This document shows positions 54,344 to 64,000 of a stretch of DNA of 64,000 nucleotides, one piece after another. Each line of letters opens with the position of its first letter. Within the stretch, counting starts at the first letter, position 1. The translations under genes were made by a program, and so were the position numbers. Origin of the DNA: an uncultured Planctomycetaceae bacterium. GTDB lineage: Bacteria > Planctomycetota > Planctomycetia > Planctomycetales > Planctomycetaceae. The notes under the pieces were generated by a model. The model made no database searches. It was not told the DNA's origin and saw only the letters and a list, made by a program, of their open reading frames with translations. Where the stretch lies: positions 672,001-736,000 of the forward strand of contig CAWFAK010000007.1 of assembly GCA_963813715.1 (NCBI GenBank), given 5' to 3'.

Positions 54344-55768
54344 ATGCCGTTCAATTCCCTGGTTTTCCTCCTGTTCTTCCTGATCGTGGCACTCGTGCAC
54401 TCCCTGCCGCTGCCGGTGATCGTCCGCAAGCTTAACTTACTGATCGCGAGCTACGTGTTCTACGCGGCCTGGGACGTGCGCTATCCCCTGCTGTTGGCCT
54501 TCTCCACGCTGGTGAACTTTGGTGCCGCCGCTCTCATTCAAAATTGCGAAGGAAAGACTCAGACACGGCGCACGGTGCTGTGGATCAGCGTGCTTTTAAA
54601 CTTCGGTCTGCTGGCCTGCTTTAAGTATGGCAATGAGTTTCTCTCGGCCTGGGGACTGCTGGCAGACCGACTGCGAATCGCTGAACCTCCGCAGGTTACG
54701 ATTCTGCTGCCAATCGGACTGTCGTTCTTCACGTTTCAGGCCATGTCCTACACGATTGACGTCTATCGCCGCCAATTCCGACCGACGTCGTTGTTGGACC
54801 TGGCGATCTTTGGCTCGTTCTTCCCCGTGCTCCTGGCCGGGCCGATTTTGCGAGCCGGGCAGTTCATTCCGCAGTGCACCCCGCCGCGACGGGCCACGGG
54901 TCGTGAGTTCTGCTGGGGACTCTCGCTGCTCACCCTGGGCCTGTTCTTGAAGGTCACGCTAGCCGATCATTTGCTTGCGCCGATCGCACAACAGGTGTAC
55001 GACCTCAGTCTGCGACCCGACACGCTCAGCTCCTGGACAGGCACACTGGTCTTCGCGGCTCAGGACTATTGCGACTTCGCGGGCTATTCGACGTGTGCGA
55101 TGGGCATTGGCCTATGCCTTGGCTTCGTGCTGCCGGCCAACTTCCGCTCCCCATTGGCATCGATCGGCTTTCGCGATGTATGGCAGCGCTGGCATATCAC
55201 GCTCGTCGTCTGGATGCGCGACTATGTCTTCAATCCTCTAGGCGGCGTCTTCAAAGGATATGCCCGCGCCGCACTCAATGTGATAATCGTGATGCTCCTC
55301 ATCGGAGTTTGGCACGGCGCGACGGCCACCTTTTTGATCTTTGGCTTTCTGCACGGATCGTTCTTGATCGGCGAGACATTGCTGCAACGTACGCGGCTGC
55401 GTCGACTGCCTGTCTGGGCAACGCCGTTCGGGAAGTTCGTCCTCTGGGCGGTCACTATCATGCTGTGCCTGGTCGCGTTCGTCTTCTATCGGGCGGCCAA
55501 CCTCGAGCAGGCTCGTTGGATATTGGCGTCCATGGCCGGCTTCCCCAGCGGTGTCGGGAGCTTCGGCCTGACGGATCACGATCTGTTGATCGGACTCGTC
55601 ACTGTCGAGTGTCTGATCGTCGCCCACTGGGTCGTGCGCAACCAGAATCTCGAAACGGCCGTCGCACGCATCCCTTGGTGGAGCGTTTCGTTCGGACTCG
55701 CGGCGATGTTGGTGGCCATCACACTGAGTTCGGGCGAATCGCAGACCTTTTTGTATTTTCAGTTCTGA
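54344..55768 (+). CDS. MBOAT family O-acyltransferase (AlgI/DltB-like)
   Basis: 'FNSLVFL', 'LPIGLSFFTFQAMSYTIDVYR', 'FFPVLLAGPI', 'YCDFAGYS', 'WQRWHITL..WMRDY', 'GVWHGA', end 'FLYFQF'. Confidence 0.95.
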   Translation: MPFNSLVFLLFFLIVALVHSLPLPVIVRKLNLLIASYVFYAAWDVRYPLLLAFSTLVNFGAAALIQNCEGKTQTRRTVLWISVLLNFGLLACFKYGNEFLSAWGLLADRLRIAEPPQVTILLPIGLSFFTFQAMSYTIDVYRRQFRPTSLLDLAIFGSFFPVLLAGPILRAGQFIPQCTPPRRATGREFCWGLSLLTLGLFLKVTLADHLLAPIAQQVYDLSLRPDTLSSWTGTLVFAAQDYCDFAGYSTCAMGIGLCLGFVLPANFRSPLASIGFRDVWQRWHITLVVWMRDYVFNPLGGVFKGYARAALNVIIVMLLIGVWHGATATFLIFGFLHGSFLIGETLLQRTRLRRLPVWATPFGKFVLWAVTIMLCLVAFVFYRAANLEQARWILASMAGFPSGVGSFGLTDHDLLIGLVTVECLIVAHWVVRNQNLETAVARIPWWSVSFGLAAMLVAITLSSGESQTFLYFQF

Positions 55769-55810
55769 GAGTTTTCCGCTGCTCCAAACTGTCATGACCT
55801 CAACGGACTC

Positions 55811-56873
55811 ATGAGTTCATCCGCAACGACGCCCGGGACAACTCCGACCACGCCGTCCGGCACGGCGCGCGAGGACACGTCGCGACGGTTGCCGGAAGCG
55901 CGGGTCTACCTCTTGGGTCTCGTACTGTTCGTCGGGATGATCGGTGCGCTGGAGGTATACTGGCGGGGACGAGCGTTCGAACCCAACGTTCCGGATTCCC
56001 CGGACCTGTGGGCCTATCACTGGTCCCGAGTCGTCGGCAACGATCCCAATCTGATCGTCGCCATCGGCACGTCGCGCATTCGCACCGCTGTGCGGCCGGA
56101 CGTGATTCAGGAGCGTCTCCCTTCCCAACGACTAATTCAACTGGGAGTGAACGGGCCCTCCGGATCGCTCGGTCTACTGGCCGAAATCAGTCGCATTCCG
56201 CATTTCCGCGGTCTCGTTCTCTGCGACTTGCTTCCGCCCCTGATGGCACCCGAGCAAGGGCGTGAACAGGTCGCCATGGCTCGTAGGCCGAATACCACGG
56301 CACACACTTTGAATACCTACTTGCGTTCGTTGCTGTGTGACCGACTGGTCGTCCTCAACTCGGCATTATCCGTTCGCAATTGGTTTGCACAGCGCGACTC
56401 GTTTCGTCCGGAGAGTGTCGGTCCGCGCCTGCGGGTCCACGCGGATCGGACTCTCGAGATTAGTTATCCCACGGACGAAGCGCTCGAAGACGATTCGTGA
56501 GAACCGTTTTCGCGACTACGCCGGCCGCTACTCAAAGGCCCGTCGTTACAAGAACATGGACGAATTCCGGGAAGCGATCCGCGACGTGGCCGACTCGGTG
56601 GCCCGCATAAAACAAAACGGCGGCAAGGTCGTGTTCTTGCGGTTACCAGCAGCCGGCGCCCGACTGCAACTCGAAGAAGCGACCTATCCTTCTGCGCTCT
56701 ATTTCGGGGTGTTGGCAGAAACAACTTCCGCGCCCTGGATCGACTTTCGCGAGCTCTCGCACGAAGACGATCTCGACTGCCCCGATGAGTCACATCTATC
56801 CGCGGACTCCGCCCCGGTCTTTACAAGTCGCCTCGTCGAAAGGCTGCGCCGCGGCTCGCTCCTGGGCCAATAG
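55811..56873 (+). CDS. Membrane-anchored SGNH-like acyltransferase partner (AlgJ/DltD-like), frameshift near 56497
   Basis: N-terminal TM, 'IGTSRI' block I, 'QLGVNG', C-terminal 'DESHL' (DxxH). Directly follows the MBOAT gene. Confidence 0.7.
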
Positions 56874-57345
56874 TTTGCCAGGACTCAGCTGCGCAAAACT
56901 CGGTGGCCGCACGAAATCGGTCGCGCCGCCGACGGCAAAAAGTGCATCGCTCGACGAGAGTCGTCCCTGGGGACAACCCTCGGGTCGCAAGTCGGTGCTT
57001 GGCGCTGGCACCAGGCTGGGACACAATAGTTGGAAGGCGGTTTTCTTCGCCGCGGAAGGACCGACGCAGGTAATGCGCAAATTTTGAAACCATTGCAGGG
57101 TGACCGGCGTCGAACAAGGTAGGGCAGGACCTCCGCGAACCTGACCGCGCGCCTTGGGCCAAACACCCAGGACAATTTTCGCCTCTCGCAGCGTCTATTA
57201 GGGCGGAAACTTCCGAACGGAGAGGCGGATTGACCGCCCGATCCGTCCGTAGCCCGAGATCCGGGAGGAAACCTTCAGGGAATCCGAAGGTACCCGGCGT
57301 AGAATCATCCGGACTCGAGACCCCAGCACAGAGAGAGTGCATCCG

Positions 57346-58377
57346 ATGGACCAAGTCGCGGCTTCGACTCTGCCGGCCGAGCGGCTCAGCGAGAACGACG
57401 TTCAGGCGATCGATGACCTCCGCTCGACTTATTCGCGGTTACGCAGCGAATTGGGACGGGTGATTGTTGGCCAGCACAACGTCATCGAGCGGCTCGCGCT
57501 CTGCCTTTTCGCCCGCGGGCATGCACTGCTACTCGGCGTGCCCGGCCTGGCCAAGACGCTCTTGGTCAGCAAGCTGGCCGAAACCATGTCGCTGAAATTC
57601 AGCCGCATCCAGTTCACTCCCGACTTGATGCCGATGGACATCACCGGGACCGACATCCTGCAGGACCAAGCGGGCGGAAAGCGGGAGTTTCAGTTCGTGC
57701 ATGGGCCGGTCTTCGCGAACATCGTGCTGGCCGACGAGATCAACCGCGCCCCACCGAAGACGCAGGCCGCCATGCTCGAAGCCATGCAGGAGCACAAGGT
57801 GACGGTGGTCGGCAAGCCGTTTCGACTGGAACCGCCGTTCGTGGTGCTGGCGACTCAGAACCCTGTCGAGCAGGAAGGCACCTATCCGCTGCCCGAAGCG
57901 CAGCTCGATCGTTTCATGTTCTTAATCGAGCTCGACTATCCCTCGGAAGCCGAGGAAGTGCAGATCGCCCGCACGACCACCGGCGACGCGCTGCCCGAAC
58001 TCAATCATCTTCTGAGTGCGGCGGACATTATCCAGCACCAAAATCTGGTGCGCCGCGTACCGGTGCCGGATCACATTTATAAGTATGCGGCTCGGCTCGT
58101 TCGCAAAACGCGTCCGAATGGCGCCACCGCGCCGGCCTGGCTCAAGCCCTTGGTTGCGTGGGGCGCGGGACCGCGAGCCGTGCAGTATCTGATCCTCGGA
58201 GCCAAGGCGCGTGCCGCCCTCTTGGGGAGTTACATGGTGCGGCTGGAGGATATCCAACAAGTCGCCGCGCCCGTGCTGACGCACCGCGTGATCACGACGT
58301 TCACCGCGCAGTCCGAGGGGATCGACGCTCGGCAGATCGTTCGCCGCCTGATCGAAGAGACCAGCACGGAAGAGTGA
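57346..58377 (+). CDS. MoxR-family AAA+ ATPase
   Basis: 'GVPGLAKT', 'RIQFTPDLMPMDITG', 'LADEINRAPPKTQAAMLEAMQE', 'ATQNPVEQEGTYPLPEAQLDRF'. Confidence 0.96.
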   Translation: MDQVAASTLPAERLSENDVQAIDDLRSTYSRLRSELGRVIVGQHNVIERLALCLFARGHALLLGVPGLAKTLLVSKLAETMSLKFSRIQFTPDLMPMDITGTDILQDQAGGKREFQFVHGPVFANIVLADEINRAPPKTQAAMLEAMQEHKVTVVGKPFRLEPPFVVLATQNPVEQEGTYPLPEAQLDRFMFLIELDYPSEAEEVQIARTTTGDALPELNHLLSAADIIQHQNLVRRVPVPDHIYKYAARLVRKTRPNGATAPAWLKPLVAWGAGPRAVQYLILGAKARAALLGSYMVRLEDIQQVAAPVLTHRVITTFTAQSEGIDARQIVRRLIEETSTEE

Positions 58378-59297
58378 GGGTTTCGGTGCTTTTCGACCGC
58401 CGTGCCCGTAGTTTTCTCGATGCCGCCGCCCTATCCCGGTTGGCCGCGGTGCCGTTGTTCGCCCGTCTCCCGATGCAGGGAACCGTGTCGGGGCGGCATC
58501 CCAGTCCGCATCGCGGCTCGAGCGTCGAGTTTGCCGAGTATCGCAAATACGTTCCCGGCGACGATTTGCGGCGATTGGATTGGCGGGCCTACGGCCGCTC
58601 CGACCGGTTCTACGTCAAGGAATTCGAGGCCGACACGAACCTCCGCTTGTGCCTCGTACTCGACACCAGCGGTTCGATGGGTTTTGGTCCGGCCAGCGCA
58701 ACAAAGCTCGACTACGCCCGCCGCGTCGCCGGCGCACTCGGTTACCTGGCCATTCAGCAGGGAGACGCTGTCGGACTCTCGTGTGTGGCCAATGGCCTCG
58801 TGCGGAACATTCCGCCCAAGCGCAACCCGACACACCTTATCGCGCTCTTCGACTTGCTCGAACAGGCCAAGCCCAGCGGTGAAACGCAACTCGCTCCGGT
58901 GCTTCATGAACTGGCCGAGACGATCCGCCAACGAGCGATGATCGTCATTATCTCGGACCTGTTCGTCGAACCAGAGCTGCTCGGCAGCTGCTTCCAGCAT
59001 CTGCGCTTCCGCCGACACGACGTGGTCGTCTTTCATTTGCTCGAATCTCAAGAGATCGACTTCGAGTTCCGGCGGCCCATGCGGTTTCTCGACATGGAGG
59101 GGGGCACGTCGATCTTCGCCGACCCCAACGAGATTGCCGACCGCTATCACCGGGCGCTCAACACCTACCTAACGGAACTGAAACGCGTCGTGCTGGAATC
59201 GTCGGTCGATTACCGACGCGTCCTGCTTAACGAGGACTATGAGCGGGTCCTGACTCGCTTTCTGATCGGCCGCGCCCGAGGAAGGGGCGCGCAATGA
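58374..59297 (+). CDS. DUF58 domain protein
   Basis: 'GSSVEFAEYRKYVPGDDLRRLDWRAYGRSDRFYVKEFE', 'LDTSGSM', 'IISDL'. Confidence 0.95.
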   Translation: MRVSVLFDRRARSFLDAAALSRLAAVPLFARLPMQGTVSGRHPSPHRGSSVEFAEYRKYVPGDDLRRLDWRAYGRSDRFYVKEFEADTNLRLCLVLDTSGSMGFGPASATKLDYARRVAGALGYLAIQQGDAVGLSCVANGLVRNIPPKRNPTHLIALFDLLEQAKPSGETQLAPVLHELAETIRQRAMIVIISDLFVEPELLGSCFQHLRFRRHDVVVFHLLESQEIDFEFRRPMRFLDMEGGTSIFADPNEIADRYHRALNTYLTELKRVVLESSVDYRRVLLNEDYERVLTRFLIGRARGRGAQ

Positions 59298-61282
59298 GTT
59301 TCCTGCAGCCCTGGATGTTGTTCTCGCTTCCGCTCGCGCTCCTGCCGGTCATCATTCACCTCATCAACCAGCGGCGGTACCAGACGGTTCGCTGGGGGGC
59401 GATGATGTTCCTGCTCACCGCGAACCGCATGGCGCGCGGATTCGCCCGGTTGCGGCAGTGGCTGATCATGGCGGCGCGCATGCTGGCCATCGCGGGGCTG
59501 ATCTTCGCCGTCAGCCGCCCACTCGCCAGTGGCTGGCTCGGCCTGGCGGCCGGCGGCCGGCCCGATACGACGATCATCCTGCTCGACCGCTCCCCGAGCA
59601 TGCAGCAAAAAGGGAGTGGCGGAGGCGACTCGAAGCTGGCCACCGGCGTCCAACAACTCGCGCAAACTCTGGCAACGCTCAAGTCGGCTCACTGGGTGCT
59701 GATCGACAGCACGACCAGGAAACCGGTCGAACTCGATTCGCCCGAGTCGCTGTTGAAGTCGCCCGCGGCCGAAGCGACCAGTGCCGCCTCCGATATTCCG
59801 GGCCTGCTCGAAGCGGCCTGTGATTACATCCAAACTAACAAGTCAGGGCGGACGGACATCTGGATTTGCTCCGATCTCCGCCAGAACGACTGGAATCCGA
59901 AAAGCGGACGTTGGCAGGCCATTCGCGAGTCATTGCTGGCGCTGCGGCAGGGAATCCGCATCAATCTGTTGGCCTATCCCGAAGCGGCCGACGGCAACGT
60001 CTCGGTGCGGGTTTCGGATGTCCGCCGCGTGCAAAATGGACCAGCCGCCGATCTCGTCCTTTCGGTGCGGCTGGCGCGGGAAGGCGAAGATCAGTCGCGA
60101 GTTTCGATTCCCCTGCATTTCGAGATCGACGGCGCTCGCTCGGAGGCGACCGTCGAAATGGACAAGTCGCCCTACGAGTTGAAGGATTACCGCATCCCGC
60201 TGGAATCCAAGCAGCCGCGCAGCTGGGGCAAAGTGACGATCCCCGCCGATCTCAACCCGGCCGACAATGATTTTTACTTCGCCTTCGAGAAGCCGGTTGC
60301 TCGACACGCCGTCGTGGTGGTCGAAGACAACCAAGTCGCCAAAGCGCTGCAACTGGCGGCGGCGATACCTCCAGAGCCGGGCATCCAATGTTCGGTGGAA
60401 ATCGTCGCCCCCGAGCAAGCGCCAAATGTCGAGTGGGAAAAGGTGGCCCTCTTGATGTGGCAAGGTCCGCTCCCCGAAGGAGACGCCGGGCGCCACGTCC
60501 AGGACTTCATCAAACGCGGGGGTTCGGCCATCTTTCTGCCTCCGCGCACGCCTAACGACCAGGAGTTTTTTGGGGCTCGGTGGAAAGCGTGGAATCCGGC
60601 GGGCAGCAAGGACTCGTTGATCGCAAATTGGCGCAGCGACCAGGATTTGCTCGCCAACACGCAAAGCGGCGCGCGGCTTCCGGTGGGGCAACTCCAAGTC
60701 CATCGCTACTGTATGCTGACGGGGGACTTTACGCCGCTGGCGAGCCTGCAAGGCGGAACACCGCTCTTAGCCCGGGCCGCGCAGAATCACAGCGGCGCGT
60801 TTTTCTTTGCGACAACCACCTCCCCGGCCGATTCGTCGCTGGCGACAGACGGCGTCGTGCTCTATGTCCTTGTCCAACGCGCGATGGCGGCCGGCGCTTC
60901 GGCCCTCGGGACGACTCACCAACTGAACGCCGGAGAAACACTTCCCGCCTCTCTACCCGATTCGTGGCAACGCTTGGCAGGCCCCGAAGACGCGCGGTCG
61001 GGCGCGTACTCCGTTCATCGCGGGGTCTACCTCGCCGGCGATCAGCTACTCGCGCTCAACCGTCCCGCCCAAGAGGACCAAGCGACCGTTCTCGACGACG
61101 GACGTGTCGCCGACCTGTTTGATGGGCTGAATTTCATCCGCGTCGATCACCGGGCCGGGCACATCGGCATTCTGATCGCGGAGATTTGGCGGCCGTTTCT
61201 CGCCGCCATGATTATCGCGCTGATTGCCGAGGCCGCACTCTGCATGCCTCGCACGGCAGCCAAAGCAGGGAGACCGGCATGA
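59294..61282 (+). CDS. BatA N-terminal domain + vWA-like membrane protein
   Basis: 'MSFLQPWML..LPVIIHLINQRR..VRWGAMMFL', 'LLDRSPSM', 'SDLRQNDW', C-terminal TM. Confidence 0.9.
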   Translation: MSFLQPWMLFSLPLALLPVIIHLINQRRYQTVRWGAMMFLLTANRMARGFARLRQWLIMAARMLAIAGLIFAVSRPLASGWLGLAAGGRPDTTIILLDRSPSMQQKGSGGGDSKLATGVQQLAQTLATLKSAHWVLIDSTTRKPVELDSPESLLKSPAAEATSAASDIPGLLEAACDYIQTNKSGRTDIWICSDLRQNDWNPKSGRWQAIRESLLALRQGIRINLLAYPEAADGNVSVRVSDVRRVQNGPAADLVLSVRLAREGEDQSRVSIPLHFEIDGARSEATVEMDKSPYELKDYRIPLESKQPRSWGKVTIPADLNPADNDFYFAFEKPVARHAVVVVEDNQVAKALQLAAAIPPEPGIQCSVEIVAPEQAPNVEWEKVALLMWQGPLPEGDAGRHVQDFIKRGGSAIFLPPRTPNDQEFFGARWKAWNPAGSKDSLIANWRSDQDLLANTQSGARLPVGQLQVHRYCMLTGDFTPLASLQGGTPLLARAAQNHSGAFFFATTTSPADSSLATDGVVLYVLVQRAMAAGASALGTTHQLNAGETLPASLPDSWQRLAGPEDARSGAYSVHRGVYLAGDQLLALNRPAQEDQATVLDDGRVADLFDGLNFIRVDHRAGHIGILIAEIWRPFLAAMIIALIAEAALCMPRTAAKAGRPA

Positions 61283-63477
61283 GCGTCTCCCGGGCCCTGA
61301 CCTTTCTCTGGACACCGGCGTCGCTGACCGCATCGATCCTGGCCGTGCTTTTGGCGGCCGGTTTCTGCTTTGCCGCCGCGCGTCGCAACGCGTTTCGGCC
61401 GGCATTCATCGCGCTCGAACTCTTTCGCTTCGCCATCGTTTGCTTGGCCGTTTTGCTCTTCAACCAGCCCGAGTGGATCGAAGAATTCCGCCCCGAAGGA
61501 AAGCCCTCCGTCGCCGTCCTATGGGATGGCTCCCCCAGCATGGAAACCCGCGACGTTGTGGTGCCCGGCCGCGCCGGGACCGCGCCGGTCGCGCGGCACG
61601 AGGCTATCACGGCGCTCACCACTCCCAGCTCCTGGAGCGATCTGCAGGAACGCATGGACGTCTTCATCGAGCCGTTCGCCTCGGAGAGACCGGGGCGCGG
61701 AACGAACCTTTACGATCCGCTGGCCCAGGCTCCCGACAAGTTCCGCAATCTGCGGGCCGTCGTCCTCGCTTCCGACGGCGACTGGAATATCGGCAAGGCC
61801 CCGGTGCAGGCGGCCGACAATCTGCGGCAAAAGGGCATTCCCATTTTTGCAGTTCCGGTCGGCAGTCCCACGCGCCTGCCCGACGTCGAAGTGCTCAGCG
61901 TCGACGCGCCGACCTTTGGCGTTGTCGGCAAAGCGGTGCGGATTCCGTTCACGATCGACAGTTCGCTCTCCCACGAATATGTGACGACTGTCACGTTGCG
62001 GACGTCGAGCGGCGAAGAGCTCTCCAAGGAAGTGCACATTGCTCCGATGGGCCGCACCAGCGACTGGGTTCTCTGGAAGCCGACGGCGATTGGCGATTTC
62101 ACGGTCACGCTCGACGTGCCGCCACATCCGGAGGAAACGCTGACGGACAACAATCGCAGGGCCGCGCCAATCGCCATCCGAGAAGAAAAGCTCCACGTGC
62201 TCGTAGTCGAGTCGTATCCGCGGTGGGAATACCGCTACCTGCGCAATGCTCTGTCCCGCGACCCGGGCGTGGAAGTCGCCTGCCTGCTCTTTCATCCCGG
62301 ACTGAGCAAGGGGGGAGGGGGCAACAAGGATTACATCAAGGCGTTCCCATCGCGACTCGACGAGCTGTCGAAATTCGACGTCGTGTTTTTGGGAGACGTG
62401 GGCGTCGGCGACGGGCAGCTCACGGTTGAGCAATGCCGGCTACTGAAGGGTCTGGTCGAGCGCCAGGCGAGCGGCCTGGTCTTCATGCCCGGCTGGCAGG
62501 GACGCGAATTCTCCCTGTTGGACACGGAACTTGGCGACCTGTGTCCAGTGGTGCTCGATCCAGCACAGCCGACCGGATGGGGTTTGCGCACGCCGAGCCA
62601 CTTCGAGTTGACCGACCTCGGCCGCCGCAGTCTGCTGACGAAGCTGGCCGACACGCAGGACGACAATATCGAAGTCTGGGAGGGATTGCCCGGCTTTCAG
62701 TGGTATGCACCGGTGCTGCGAGCCAAGGCTGGCAGCGATGTCCTGTGCGTGCACAAGGACGTTTCCAACGAGTTCGGGCGATTGCCCCTGCTGGCGACAC
62801 GCACGTTCGGCGCCGGCAAGGTCCTGTTCATGGGAACCGACGGAGCGTGGCGCTGGCGGAAGGGGGTCGAGGACAAATATCACTATCGTTTCTGGGGCCA
62901 AGTCGTCCGCTGGATGGCCTATCAGCGGAACATGGCGAAGGGCGAAACGATGCGGTTGTATTACGTCCCAGATCAGCCGCAGATCCGGCAGACGGTCACC
63001 TTCGATGCCAATGTCATGGAAAAAGGGGGCGAGCCGTTACACGGCGGACGCGTCAGCGGCCGGATCACGGCCCCGTCGGGCAAGGCCGAAACGATTCGCT
63101 TCGCCTCAGTGGGAGAAGAGTGGGGCATGTTCTCCGGCCGCTACACACCGGAAGAAGCCGGTAAGCACCAGGTGCACCTGTCCTGCGTGGAGACGGGGGC
63201 CTCGCTCGACGCATCATTCTTCGTTCAGGGCGATGCGGTCGAGCGTCCGGGACGTCCCGCGCGTCCGGAGGTTTTGGAGGAATTGGCCCGCGTGACTCGC
63301 GGTCGGGTGGTTCCGGCAGACCAGTTGAAGCAGATCGTGCAATCGCTGGTCGAGTTGCCCGAGACGCCACCGTCGGTCCGCCGCGTCCCGTTGTGGAGCC
63401 ATCCGTTGACCATCGGCCTCTTGGTGACGTTGCTGGGAGTATTCTGGTCGGTGCGAAAGATTTACGGGTTGATTTAA
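61279..63477 (+). CDS. vWA + glutamine-amidotransferase-like membrane protein of the MoxR operon
   Basis: 'LWDGSPSM', 'ASDGDWN', 'VLVVESYPRWEYRYLRNAL', 'FDVVFLGDV', 'GAGKVLF.GTDGAWRWR', 'RFWGQVVRW'. Confidence 0.85.
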   Translation: MSVSRALTFLWTPASLTASILAVLLAAGFCFAAARRNAFRPAFIALELFRFAIVCLAVLLFNQPEWIEEFRPEGKPSVAVLWDGSPSMETRDVVVPGRAGTAPVARHEAITALTTPSSWSDLQERMDVFIEPFASERPGRGTNLYDPLAQAPDKFRNLRAVVLASDGDWNIGKAPVQAADNLRQKGIPIFAVPVGSPTRLPDVEVLSVDAPTFGVVGKAVRIPFTIDSSLSHEYVTTVTLRTSSGEELSKEVHIAPMGRTSDWVLWKPTAIGDFTVTLDVPPHPEETLTDNNRRAAPIAIREEKLHVLVVESYPRWEYRYLRNALSRDPGVEVACLLFHPGLSKGGGGNKDYIKAFPSRLDELSKFDVVFLGDVGVGDGQLTVEQCRLLKGLVERQASGLVFMPGWQGREFSLLDTELGDLCPVVLDPAQPTGWGLRTPSHFELTDLGRRSLLTKLADTQDDNIEVWEGLPGFQWYAPVLRAKAGSDVLCVHKDVSNEFGRLPLLATRTFGAGKVLFMGTDGAWRWRKGVEDKYHYRFWGQVVRWMAYQRNMAKGETMRLYYVPDQPQIRQTVTFDANVMEKGGEPLHGGRVSGRITAPSGKAETIRFASVGEEWGMFSGRYTPEEAGKHQVHLSCVETGASLDASFFVQGDAVERPGRPARPEVLEELARVTRGRVVPADQLKQIVQSLVELPETPPSVRRVPLWSHPLTIGLLVTLLGVFWSVRKIYGLI

Positions 63478-63604
63478 CGCTTGAGAGGCCGATCCCGGAC
63501 GAGTGTCGGGGCCGCTGAGCGGAAGAAATACTGAAGTCCCTGCGGGGATCGGTTACAGTAATGCAGAGCGATACGAGGCGCCGCGACGATTTTAGGAGAG
63601 TCCG

Positions 63605-64000
63605 ATGAGCCTTGTGCGAACGACCGACCGTTTGGAACTGCCCGAGACCCTGCAGAACCAGCTGTACGATTTCCGCAAGCTGGTCTGGACGATCAAGATG
63701 ATCGAGGCGGTCTGTGGGGCCGCTGCCGGTGTTCTGGTCGCCTTTCTGGCGCTGTTCGTGCTCGACCGCTTGGGCGAGACACCCGGCTGGGCGCGGTTGT
63801 CCCTCTTCGGTCTGACGGTTGTCAGCTGCGCCTGCGTTCCGCTCGCCCTGCACCGCTGGGTTTGGCGCAATCGGCGATTGGAACAACTGGCTCGCTTGCT
63901 TGACCCGCAAGCATCCGCTTGTCGGCGACCAGCTGCTCGGCATTATCGAGCTCGTGCGGAACGACTTCGAGCAAGCGCGCTCGCCTCAATTGTGCGTCGC
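63605..64000 (+). CDS. Membrane protein of the MoxR-associated cluster, truncated by the window end
   Basis: AGGAG SD then ATG at 63605 'MSLVRTTDRLELPETLQNQLYDFRK', two TM segments, 'HPLVGDQLLGIIEL'. Confidence 0.7.
   Translation, partial: MSLVRTTDRLELPETLQNQLYDFRKLVWTIKMIEAVCGAAAGVLVAFLALFVLDRLGETPGWARLSLFGLTVVSCACVPLALHRWVWRNRRLEQLARLLDPQASACRRPAARHYRARAERLRASALASIVRR

Overview
GC-rich bacterial DNA, almost certainly Planctomycetota (DUF1559 prepilin, DUF1549/DUF1553 + DUF1501 pair, PVC-type heme-binding protein, MoxR-DUF58-BatA-vWA operon). Many genes are split by small indels, densest in the first 12 kb; long-read assembly error is the likelier cause, but decay cannot be excluded. Left to right: (1) the right end of a probable tRNA-Ala(CGC)-anchored island carrying tad/cpa genes, signalling genes and an integrase remnant; (2) GH2, a beta-propeller glycosidase, DUF1549/DUF1501 and an EF-hand gene, then tRNA-Ser(GCT); (3) assorted planctomycete envelope genes; (4) a five-gene operon encoding a TRAFAC GTPase, a GAP1-N2-like protein, a coiled-coil membrane protein, a GYF-DUF4190 protein and a GYF-trypsin protein, resembling a conflict system; (5) an epimerase, pectate lyase and flavin oxidoreductase; (6) the most striking locus, at about 44.6-56.9 kb. 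It encodes a secreted 148-aa prepro-peptide (signal peptide, double-glycine leader, 14-Cys Ser/Thr-rich core with no Lys/Arg). Downstream lie a stand-alone exported C39 peptidase, a DUF1573 Ig-like protein, a His/Cys-motif helical protein, a LolA-like protein, an ECF sigma/anti-sigma pair and an HK/REC-ANTAR pair; upstream lie ACP, MBOAT and SGNH genes; (7) a MoxR operon running off the right edge. All family assignments come from motifs recognised by eye; no searches were run.
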